Origin: Myxococcales bacterium
GTDB taxonomy: Bacteria; Myxococcota_A; Polyangia; Polyangiales; Ga0077539
Reading direction: 5' to 3'
DNA: 64,000 nucleotides
NCBI GenBank assembly: GCA_016792845.1
Contig: JAEUKH010000006.1
Coordinates: 62,899-126,898 of the forward strand
The notes below the pieces were generated by a model, which had not been told where the DNA came from, searched no databases, and worked only from the letters and a program-made list of their open reading frames with translations. Position 1 is the first letter of the stretch. Each line of letters opens with the position of its first letter. A program made the position numbers and the translations under genes. This document shows positions 32,633 to 39,990 of this stretch, piece by piece.

Positions 32633-33343
32633 ATGGCCAAAGTACAATCGCCGCTTCTCGGATATAACACCAACGTTCGGTACCGCGGGCGCGTGTTTCA
32701 CGTGCAGACCGAAGACAGCGGTGTGACCAAACCGCACGTCATCACGCATCTTTTTGCTGATGGCGGGCGCATCATCAAGTCGCAGAAGACGGCCTACGCC
32801 GAGCTGCTCGAGCACCCCGACCTGCAAGGGCAGGTGAAGAAGCTCATGCAAGACCAGCACAAGGCCATGCTCTTGTCGCTGCGCTCGGGCGAGCACGACG
32901 CGATGATCGGTTTTGAGGCCGAGACCGCGGCCTTCGATGCCGCCGCGACCCAAGAGATCGACGCCGCCGCGGTGCTGGCCGAGGTGGCCACGATGACCCC
33001 GGCCAAGCCCGCCGCGCCGGTGGCGCCGGGCGCGTCGGCGGCCCTCGAAACGCCGACGGTGCCGAACCCGCCCTTCGTGGGCCTGGGCACGCCGACGGCG
33101 CCCGGTGCGCCGGTGCCGACCCCAATGGCGACCTCTGGGGCGACTCCGGGGGCGGGGCTCTCGCGGAGCGGGCCGAAGCGGCGAAACAGCGAGGTGATCC
33201 CCCTCCCGGCGACGACGCCGGCTCAGATCTTTCGAGCCCCTTGGGCCGAGCGGGCGGCGCCCAACTGGGGCGACGGCGTGGTGAGCGAGCGGAGCCTCGA
33301 TGAGGTGATCCTGAGCTTCCTCGCGCGCGAAGTGGAGCCCTGA
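32633..33343 (+). CDS. hypothetical protein (structured N-terminal ~100 aa, disordered Ala/Pro-rich C-terminal part)
   Basis: Clean ATG start. The N-terminus MAKVQSPLLGYNTNVRYRGRVFHVQTEDSGVTKPHVITHLFADGGRIIKS has strong coding bias. No motif was recognised. Confidence 0.65.
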   Translation: MAKVQSPLLGYNTNVRYRGRVFHVQTEDSGVTKPHVITHLFADGGRIIKSQKTAYAELLEHPDLQGQVKKLMQDQHKAMLLSLRSGEHDAMIGFEAETAAFDAAATQEIDAAAVLAEVATMTPAKPAAPVAPGASAALETPTVPNPPFVGLGTPTAPGAPVPTPMATSGATPGAGLSRSGPKRRNSEVIPLPATTPAQIFRAPWAERAAPNWGDGVVSERSLDEVILSFLAREVEP

Positions 33344-33386
33344 CGCGAAGGGCCCGCGGGGGCCCTCAGGCGGGGCACAGGGGCGG

Positions 33387-34184
33387 TTACTTCACCACCC
33401 GGAGGTACGACGGCAGCTCGCGCGCTTTGCGCCCCGACGGCGGCGGCGAGGAGGGGCGCGGCGGGTCGGGCTCGCGCTCGGGTTCGCGCTCAGGCTCAGC
33501 GGTCGCGCGCTCGGGTTCGGGGGCGGGAGGCGGCTGTGACGTGCGGAGCTGGCGCACCTCGGCGAGGCGCGGCTTCGACGCGGGCGCCTCGGCGGCCTCG
33601 GGCGCGGGCGCCTCGGAGGACGCCTCCGCGGAGGGCTTCGCGCCCTTGTCGGCCCGCGCGGCGGCCGCGTCGGGGCTTCGCGGCGTACGCTCTTTACGGC
33701 TCTTGGGAGCCCCTCGGGTGCTGACCTTCTCGTCACCCGCGGGGGTCTCGGCGCGGGGCGCCTCGTCGACGGGCGGCACCGCTGCGATCTTGGGGCGGCT
33801 CGATTTGGTCTTTTCGCCGCGAGAGGCGGGCGGGCTGCGTCGCACCGCCGCGGGCTCGGGCACCATCTCGGGCGGCAGCTCGCGCGGCCACACCGTCACC
33901 TGACCGTCTTCGGCCACCAGCGCATACACGGCGCTCCACGGCAAGACGCAGAGGAAGGGCGAGCGGTTGAACGAGAGGGTGCAGCGTACGCCCTCTTCGT
34001 CGATCACGAGGTCGGGGATCGGGATGGCGAAATTCAGCCCCAATTGCAGCACGAGCTGGTGCCGTGCGGCGAGCCACTCGGGCACCTTGACGCCCTCGCG
34101 TCGCGGGTCGAGGTGCACAAACACGCTGCCGCGGTCGAGCAGTTTGTGGAGCTGTTGTTTCTTCGGAGGGGGTTCTGCCGACAT
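33387..34184 (-). CDS. sspB: ClpXP adaptor SspB-like protein
   Basis: The N-terminal fold pattern resembles SspB (LLDRGSVFVHLDPRREGVKVPEWLAARHQLVLQLGLN...CTLSFNRSPFLCVLPWSAVYALV). A long disordered linker follows. The C-terminus ends LPSYLRVVK, matching the LRVVK ClpX-binding tail of E. coli SspB. Confidence 0.75.
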   Translation of the reverse strand: MSAEPPPKKQQLHKLLDRGSVFVHLDPRREGVKVPEWLAARHQLVLQLGLNFAIPIPDLVIDEEGVRCTLSFNRSPFLCVLPWSAVYALVAEDGQVTVWPRELPPEMVPEPAAVRRSPPASRGEKTKSSRPKIAAVPPVDEAPRAETPAGDEKVSTRGAPKSRKERTPRSPDAAAARADKGAKPSAEASSEAPAPEAAEAPASKPRLAEVRQLRTSQPPPAPEPERATAEPEREPEREPDPPRPSSPPPSGRKARELPSYLRVVK

Positions 34185-34359
34185 CGCGTTGGCCTCTCCC
34201 TACCGCGAGGGGTGCGGTGGAGGCAACCTTCTGACCCGACCCGCGGGGGCGCTGCGGGCGGGGGCGTCGCGGGGCCGACGGGTGAAGTGGCGGTTGACGC
34301 GACGGCGCGGGTGCGTATGCTCGCGGCGCTTTGTTGGTGTCCCTGAGAGGTATCGCTCT

Positions 34360-34724
34360 GGGGGCGAAACGGTTTCGACGTGGGTAGTGACGCGAGAGAT
34401 GGCACGACCGCCGGCCCGTAACGGCGTAAATACTACGGAAACAAGAGCTGCGAACGATAACGCACTCCCCTTCGCTGTCGCGGCCTGAAAAACCGCCAGT
34501 GACGCGCTTCCGGCAGCCTGCCTGTGCTGACGTAAGGGTGTAAACGAACAGGCTGGCCCCTCGCTGCGCCCGCAGGGCGAGGGGTGAGAAAAATCTGTGG
34601 GCTGGTTGCCCCGAGAGCCTGTCGATGCGCTCGAAGGGTGACGAGATTTGAGCATCGACTATGTCGTGTAGAAGTCCTCGCTGAGCGCTTGCGGACCCGG
34701 GTTCGACTCCCGGCGCCTCCACCA
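34360..34724 (+). ncRNA. ssrA: tmRNA (SsrA)
   Basis: The 5' GGGGGCGAAACGGTTTCGACG pairs with the 3' CGCCTCCACCA (7-bp acceptor stem with one G-U). T-arm is CCGGGTTCGACTCCCGG. The tag reading frame 34450-34488 encodes ANDNALPFAVAA plus a stop. Confidence 0.93.
34699..34724 (+). repeat. attL-like direct repeat (3' end of tmRNA)
   Basis: GGGTTCGACTCCCGGCGCCTCCACCA is identical to 37688-37713. Confidence 0.85.
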
Positions 34725-34755
34725 AGATTGGCCTTGATCTAAAGGCTTTTGTGAA

Positions 34756-35116
34756 TCACCCCGCGGCTCGCACTGTGTGTATTGCCGCGGGTTCGCCTTG
34801 AGGCAGCTCGAGCGGCCTGACGGCGCCCCGCCGAGCGTCGAGAGAGGCGTCGCGCAGGGGCATCTCGATGGTGGCGTGGCCGAGAAGCTCCTGAACGCTT
34901 TTCAGCGTGGCGCCCCGCATCACGAGGTGGCCGGCGAAGGTGTGGCGCAAGGGAGATTGCTGCGACAACACCGTCGCCGAGCGCTTCTTCGCGACATGAA
35001 TGGATGAGGTCGCAGTCGACCACGACGCTGCGAGGGCGACTGGTGCCGTCGGTGTCTGCATCGACGGTGACCGCAACACCAGGCGAAGGCACGCGTTCAT
35101 CGACGACAATCTGCAT
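34756..35116 (-). pseudogene. tyrosine recombinase (integrase) C-terminal remnant, frameshifted
   Basis: Two overlapping minus-strand frames together give only the catalytic C-terminus, PLRHTFAGHLVMRGATLKSVQELLGHATIEMPLRDASL. The expected RY (catalytic Tyr) reads RD. No N-terminal or core-binding part is present. Confidence 0.7.
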
Positions 35117-35220
35117 CGAGAGTCCTTCCTACGGGCTCGTGGAGGAAGGGCAGATCGTGTTCGTGAGCCCGATCGTTTTGCGTGTGATCGCTGCGCCGAA
35201 GTAGCGTTCGGCGCGGGAAC

Positions 35221-35934
35221 ATGGCCATCACCGATCGCACACGAAAGATTCTGTGGGCGCGTTCTGCCGGGCGCTGCGCGATGTGCAAGCAGCGCATCAT
35301 CGTGAGCGCGACCGACGCGGACTCCGAGGCCGTTGTCGGCGAGGAGTGCCACATCGTCTCGGGCGTTCCCGGCGGCCCTCGGTACGACCCGTCTCTCCCG
35401 GCCGCCCGTGTGGACGGCTACGACAACCTCATTCTCCTGTGTGGCACCCATCACACGGAGATCGACACGCAGGTCGGCACGTACCCTGTTGCCCGCCTGC
35501 GAGAGATGCGGACGCGACATGAGGAGGCAGTCGCTGCGGCGACCGAACCAACGCGCCCGCGCCCAGGCGATGAAGTGCAACGCGAGGCTGCGATTCCGTC
35601 TCCCGACACCTTCGAGGTAAAGGTGGGGATGATCTGGTCGCAGCGGGCCGACATCGACGCGGGCCACGAGGTCATCCGCTTCAAGGGGAGCTTGCTGGCC
35701 AAGACACGCCGTGAGGATGTGAACGGCCCGACGTGGCGCTGGCTGTACCGGCTACAGAGCGGGATGTACCTCGTGTACATCCGGCGCAACTGGCGGGGCG
35801 ACTACGAAGAGGCGTGGCTCGGGCGCGCTGATCCTGACTCCGAGCGCACGACGCTGACGCTTGACGAGGTACAACAGCAGTTCCGCGAACTCGCTGCGCA
35901 GGCGGGCATTCCGCGCGTTCGCATCGTGGAGTGA
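35221..35934 (+). CDS. HNH endonuclease with an uncharacterised C-terminal domain
   Basis: The N-terminal ~95 aa reads CAMCKQRII...GEECHIVSG...YDNLILLCGTHHTEID (Cys pair plus an H-N-H arrangement). The C-terminal ~130 aa (…FKGSLLAKTRREDVNGPTWRWLYRLQSGMYLVYIRRNWRGDYEEAWLG…) has no recognisable motif. Confidence 0.75.
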   Translation: MAITDRTRKILWARSAGRCAMCKQRIIVSATDADSEAVVGEECHIVSGVPGGPRYDPSLPAARVDGYDNLILLCGTHHTEIDTQVGTYPVARLREMRTRHEEAVAAATEPTRPRPGDEVQREAAIPSPDTFEVKVGMIWSQRADIDAGHEVIRFKGSLLAKTRREDVNGPTWRWLYRLQSGMYLVYIRRNWRGDYEEAWLGRADPDSERTTLTLDEVQQQFRELAAQAGIPRVRIVE

Positions 35935-35968
35935 CGGTGGGCGGTCGGGGCGATCAATGCCGTGCCGA

Positions 35969-36865
35969 TCAGCCCCAGCGCCACGCCGAGGAGTCCCATG
36001 ACTGGGCGCTCCCACGGAGCACAGGGTCGAGGAACGCGCTCGCCGCCGCCGTCACTGCGTCCAGCGTCGGCCACGGGAGGCTGTCAGTCTGTGCGATGCG
36101 CGCGTACGGCGCTGCCCACGCGCTCGGCGGCGCTGGCAACGTCGCGGGGAGCGCGTGCGTGCCACGGAACGCGAAGGTCGCTTCGAGCGCTGCGCGAAGT
36201 CGTTCGCCCTCGAACGATCCCGTGAGCGCGAGCAGCGCCAGGTCCGGCAGGTCCTTCACGCGCGTGTTCTCCCGCGGGCGCGGGAGTGTGTACGCGTGGA
36301 GTTTTTCGGCGACGTGGCTCTCGCGGGGATAGACCCTCAGCCGCGAGGCCGCGATGCCCGCGAACTCCAGGAACGCGCTGCCGGGAAGGATCTCGGGCGC
36401 TTCGACGAGGCGGTCGGCGAACCCTGCATCAACGCCGAAGTGCTGGCCGTAGAGCTTGCCTGCGAGCTGCGCCGACGCGGGGAAGCGCCGCCCCGCGTAG
36501 ACGATGCCTTCGCCCTCGAACGTCGGGTGCTCGGGGTCGGGCCGCACCTCGAAGCGCAGGTGGTCCCCGAGGTCGAGCGCGCACGCCGCGTTGAGCTGCG
36601 CCTCCAGGGCGTCTGGATCGCCGAGCACACGGAGGTCCAAGTCCTTCGTGGTGCGGGCGCGTGCGAGCCGGAGTTCGAGCACCACCCCGCCCTTCACGAC
36701 GACGCGGTCGCCGAGGGCCTCCATCACCCGCGCGAGGAAGCGGTCGAACACCACGAGCTGCCGCTGGCGGTTGATGGGGCGCCCGAGGCGGGTGGCATCG
36801 GCGCGGAGCCGCGCTTCGAGCGCCTGCTTGAACGCGGCCGGGGAGGTGTACGAGCGGGCGGTCAT
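35969..36865 (-). CDS. abiEii: AbiEii/AbiGii-family nucleotidyltransferase toxin (type IV TA / abortive infection)
   Basis: 298 aa. The N-terminus FKQALEARL..., VVKGGVVLELRL..RTTKDLDLRV (KGG and DxD nucleotidyltransferase pattern) is typical of the DUF1814/AbiEii family. Its ATG overlaps the upstream gene's stop (ATGA at 36862-36865). Confidence 0.8.
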   Translation of the reverse strand: MTARSYTSPAAFKQALEARLRADATRLGRPINRQRQLVVFDRFLARVMEALGDRVVVKGGVVLELRLARARTTKDLDLRVLGDPDALEAQLNAACALDLGDHLRFEVRPDPEHPTFEGEGIVYAGRRFPASAQLAGKLYGQHFGVDAGFADRLVEAPEILPGSAFLEFAGIAASRLRVYPRESHVAEKLHAYTLPRPRENTRVKDLPDLALLALTGSFEGERLRAALEATFAFRGTHALPATLPAPPSAWAAPYARIAQTDSLPWPTLDAVTAAASAFLDPVLRGSAQSWDSSAWRWG

Positions 36866-37458
36866 CGGGCGGTTCTTCGGGGCGGTGCGACGCCGGAGGG
36901 AAGGTCGAGGCCGCGGAGATCACCGCGCGTGAAGAGCCCGCGACGCAGACCCCGCTCGATGGCCTGCTGGAGCCACTCGGGCGCGACGTGGGCGGCGACG
37001 CAGTCGCGCAGCGTACAAAGCGCCGAGGTCACCGGCACCGGGCCGCGCAGCACGATGTCGCCCGCTGGGATGTCCGCGTAGGCGACCGCGACGTTCGGCG
37101 GAACGCGCAGCCGCCGTCGCGCGTCGGCGGCCGGGAGGGTCATGTGGACGCGCGCGGGCAGGGCGTCGGCAAGGTCGTGCGCGTGCAGCGCGCTCTCGTG
37201 GCTTACAACACCGCGCCGGTCGGACCAGAGCCACGGCACGACGAGGTCACCCTCCTCGGTCGCGGGGAAGCGCACGAAGCGAAAGATGCCCCGGCCCGCG
37301 CGCTCCAGGCTCCCCCGGTTGAGGTGGTGCTGGAGGAGCTGGAGGGAGTAGCCGGCCTCTCGCGCCTGGGCGGCGGTGAAGTACCCAGCCTGCCCCACGG
37401 CGACGCCGAAGAGCTGGTCGAGGTCGGGCCCGTTGGGGTGGGGGGACGAGAGCAGCAC
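36862..37458 (-). CDS. abiEi: AbiEi-family antitoxin / transcriptional regulator
   Basis: 198 aa. The N-terminal winged-helix-like segment is GYFTAAQAREAGYSLQLLQHHLNRGSLERAGRGIFRF, followed by VVSHESALHAHDLADALPARVHMTLP. This is the typical AbiEi pattern. It is translationally coupled to the toxin gene. Confidence 0.75.
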   Translation of the reverse strand: MLLSSPHPNGPDLDQLFGVAVGQAGYFTAAQAREAGYSLQLLQHHLNRGSLERAGRGIFRFVRFPATEEGDLVVPWLWSDRRGVVSHESALHAHDLADALPARVHMTLPAADARRRLRVPPNVAVAYADIPAGDIVLRGPVPVTSALCTLRDCVAAHVAPEWLQQAIERGLRRGLFTRGDLRGLDLPSGVAPPRRTAR

Positions 37459-37469
37459 GCCACGATCTT

Positions 37470-37486
37470 ATAAAGCGTGGCTTTAT
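37470..37486. promoter_or_regulatory. candidate AbiEi operator palindrome in an AT-rich patch upstream of abiEi
   Basis: ATAAAGC-GTG-GCTTTAT is a perfect 7-3-7 palindrome. It lies 12 nt upstream of the annotated GTG start, within the locally AT-rich CTTATAAAGCGTGGCTTTATGTTGTTGC. Confidence 0.35.
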
Positions 37487-37687
37487 GTTGTTGCAAGCGA
37501 TCGAGACCCTCGTGGTGCGGGAGAGGCGGCTCGTGGCGGTGCCCATCTGGTGCCCAGAACCCGTGGCGACCGCTGGGAAGCGATGGGAAGCGGTGGGTAC
37601 TGGTCGGGGACCGGAAGCGCTGTCCCTGCCGGAGGTTGTGGGAGAAAGTCGTGTGTTGGTACGTAGTTATGCTGCGCAACTCCGGCA

Positions 37688-37713
37688 GGGTTCGACTCCC
37701 GGCGCCTCCACCA
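37688..37713 (+). repeat. attR-like direct repeat (orphan copy of the tmRNA 3' end)
   Basis: Exact 26-bp copy of 34699-34724. The upstream sequence shows only degenerate similarity to the tmRNA 3' domain, and there is no intact T-stem partner or acceptor 5' strand. Confidence 0.85.
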
Positions 37714-38078
37714 GGTTTGTTGCTTGTTTCTCTGTGACGGTGTGCGACGCGCTGGCGGGTGCGGTGACGCAAGGGCGGGCCGACGCGGCGATGCCGCAGC
37801 CGTGTGTGTGGACGCGCGTTGCGGGCGTGCCCGCGCGGCCCCAGTTCGCAGTGACCCGTTCGGCGAGGTCGCGGAGGCGGAGCCGTCCGGGTTGCGCGTC
37901 GACGCGCTCGGCTGCGGGGGGCGGGGGCGTCGGATGCACCGCTCACGAAACCGCGGCGCGGCCAGCAAGCCCATCGGCGAGCGGTCGACGCGGTTCTCAG
38001 GCGCGGAGAGGTCTTCGCGGGTGAAGGGGGCGGCAGGCACGGGCGCACATGCCCGGGTTCACCAACTCGTCGCGAGCG

Positions 38079-39146
38079 CTACGTGCCCCACGCCGCGCGC
38101 CCGAAGATGACCTCGCGGTGGAAGCTGAGATACTCCGCTCCCGGGCGCTCGAAGTCCTTTCGGCGCAGGTCGATCCTTTGATTCATCCCGCCGATGGCCT
38201 TCTCGAACGACGCGTCGTCCTCGAACAGCTCTCGCGCGCGCGGCGCTGTCACCACCGCGAGATCCTCCGCGAGCGTGAACAGGCCCCCTTCGAACGCGCG
38301 ATCATGCACGACGCACAACGAGAGACCGTTGGCCGGGTCGAGTCGCTGGTGGTCGTCGGCGTCGGCCCAAGGCCGGATGTGGCCCGCGCGGAGGAAGAGC
38401 GCGGCTGACCGAGGCGTCGCGGGGCGAAACTCGCAGAGCGCGCACTGGTTGCCGTAGTTCGCGAGGACCCGCTCGCGGAAGGGGCGCTGGCCACGCCGCG
38501 CGACACCCTCGCGACGTACGGAGGTGCCTCCCGCGGGGATCGCGATGCCGCGACTGCGAACCGCGGTGCCGGACGCCACTGCGGCGGCGTCGGCTGCGTC
38601 ACCGCCTGGGTAACCGAGCGCATCCAAGAGTGCCGGGAGCCGCGGGAGGTGCACGGACATCGTCTCGACGGCCGCCCACAGCGCGTCGAGATGACGCGCG
38701 TAGCGATCGACCACCTCGACATCGCGTGCGCTTCGGCCGGGGGCCCCTCGCGCGCCGCCGCTGAGCACGAAGCGCTGGTTCTGGATCTTCCACGAGACGG
38801 CGTCGGTGGACCGCCCGATGATCTCCGACAGGAGGGTCACGGCGGGGTGCTGCGAGCTGCTCCCATCGGCGCGGATCTTCGTGCCGCCGAGCCGCGCGGG
38901 GTCGAGGTACACGAGCAACAGAAACGCGAGGACGCTCTCCGCTTCGTTCCAGACGCGCGAAGGCCGCGTCCGCGCAGCAAGCTCTCGCGCGGCGTCTTCA
39001 AGGGTCGTGGGCCGATCCACGGCGCCAGGCTCTCGCGATCGGCCGCGTCGCGCCAGACCGAAAGAGCGTGTCGAACCTCTGCTCGCTTGATCCGCCGGAG
39101 CGCGCTGCGTTCGCAGACTCGCCCCTCGCGAAGCGCAGCGCACCAC
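38079..39146 (-). CDS. HNH-family nuclease (HNH_2-like C-terminal domain) with a ~230-aa N-terminal region of unknown function
   Basis: The C-terminal pattern is RGQRPFRERVLANYGNQCALCEF...LRAGHIRPW...NGLSLCVVHDRAFEGGLFTL. The start is uncertain. The Arg-rich first ~40 codons are doubtful, and GTG at ~39020 is possible. Confidence 0.7.
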   Translation of the reverse strand: MVRCASRGASLRTQRAPADQASRGSTRSFGLARRGRSREPGAVDRPTTLEDAARELAARTRPSRVWNEAESVLAFLLLVYLDPARLGGTKIRADGSSSQHPAVTLLSEIIGRSTDAVSWKIQNQRFVLSGGARGAPGRSARDVEVVDRYARHLDALWAAVETMSVHLPRLPALLDALGYPGGDAADAAAVASGTAVRSRGIAIPAGGTSVRREGVARRGQRPFRERVLANYGNQCALCEFRPATPRSAALFLRAGHIRPWADADDHQRLDPANGLSLCVVHDRAFEGGLFTLAEDLAVVTAPRARELFEDDASFEKAIGGMNQRIDLRRKDFERPGAEYLSFHREVIFGRAAWGT

Positions 39147-39430
39147 GCCTTCCAGCGCGTGGCCCGTCGCTCCGCGCGCACGAGTCTGCGGCTCACAACC
39201 CGCCAGTTGGGTGTGCGGAACGTGTCAACGCGTGTCGGGGCGGCCGCTGCCCGCAACGCAAACGATCACCTCGCGCACCAACCCCCCGGCACTCCGCGCC
39301 GCCGACCCGCGCCGCGCGGCTGACACCCTCGCGCGCGCCGCCGGGCCCAAAGCCCGAGCCCGAAATTTCGCGCCCTAGGCGCTCGCGAACGCGTGTGTCT
39401 GCCCGCGCCCGTACGCTACGCTGCCCCGCG

Positions 39431-39973
39431 ATGGAACGAGAGAACCTTGAAGCGTGGCTCCGCGGGCTCGAAGACTTCAACGACTTCGAGGCGGGCTTCG
39501 GTGACTTCGCGGGGGCCTTCGAGATGCTCCCGAACGCGGCGGGCCTAGAGGCCTACGTCTACCCGCTCGGCTTTCACGGCTCGGGCTCCTGGATCGCCCT
39601 CTGGCGAAAGGAGCCGACGGACTCCTGGGCCCACGCGGCGATGGTCTGGATCGACTCTGAGGGCGAGCCCTGGGAGCCCTTCGCGGCGACCCCCGCGGAG
39701 GGCCTCGCGATGCTCGCGCTCGACACCGGGGCCGTCTACGACGCCGCCGCGGCCGCGCGGTACAACCCCTCGCGCGAAGACGTCGCGGCCTGGGGCCCTC
39801 GCACCGCCGAGGCGCTCGCGAAGTGTCTCGTGCGCTACCCGGGTCAGGCAGAACACCGCGCGCGGCTCGCCGCGGCCGGCATCGCGCTGCCGTCGAACGC
39901 GCTCGACATCGCACACGCGGCGCTGACTGCCCACGGGAGCTTCGCAACGTGGCTCGCGTCTCGCGCAGCCTGA
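39431..39973 (+). CDS. hypothetical protein (possibly SMI1/KNR4-SUKH-like)
   Basis: ATG at 39431 (MERENLEAWLRGLEDF...). The motif PLGFHGSGSWIALW weakly resembles the SUKH immunity-protein core. This call is low confidence. Confidence 0.5.
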   Translation: MERENLEAWLRGLEDFNDFEAGFGDFAGAFEMLPNAAGLEAYVYPLGFHGSGSWIALWRKEPTDSWAHAAMVWIDSEGEPWEPFAATPAEGLAMLALDTGAVYDAAAAARYNPSREDVAAWGPRTAEALAKCLVRYPGQAEHRARLAAAGIALPSNALDIAHAALTAHGSFATWLASRAA

Positions 39974-39990
39974 GCCCGCGCGGCGGCGGC

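Larger units (their letters stand above)
34725..37713. mobile_element. decayed integrative islet in the ssrA 3' end carrying HNH nuclease and AbiEi/AbiEii
   Basis: Bounded by the 26-bp direct repeat. An integrase remnant lies next to ssrA. The cargo is three accessory genes. The sequence after the distal repeat is T-rich (GGTTTGTTGCTTGTTTCTCTG), as expected for the native tmRNA downstream flank. Confidence 0.8.

Noticed and set aside
37640-37713. Possible standalone tRNA gene at the second GGTTCGACTCC...CCA
   Set aside because: Only the T-loop, the 3' T-stem and the acceptor 3' strand are present. The 5' T-stem has an A-G mismatch, and no D-arm, anticodon arm or acceptor 5' strand can be drawn. 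I interpret it as the distal att repeat.
37203-38048. Minus-strand ORFs (281 and 185 aa) crossing the distal repeat
   Set aside because: They read through attR and the abiEi promoter and are Pro/Arg-rich with falling GC3. Part of 37900-38040 has decent GC3 and might be a gene remnant, but nothing is recognisable.
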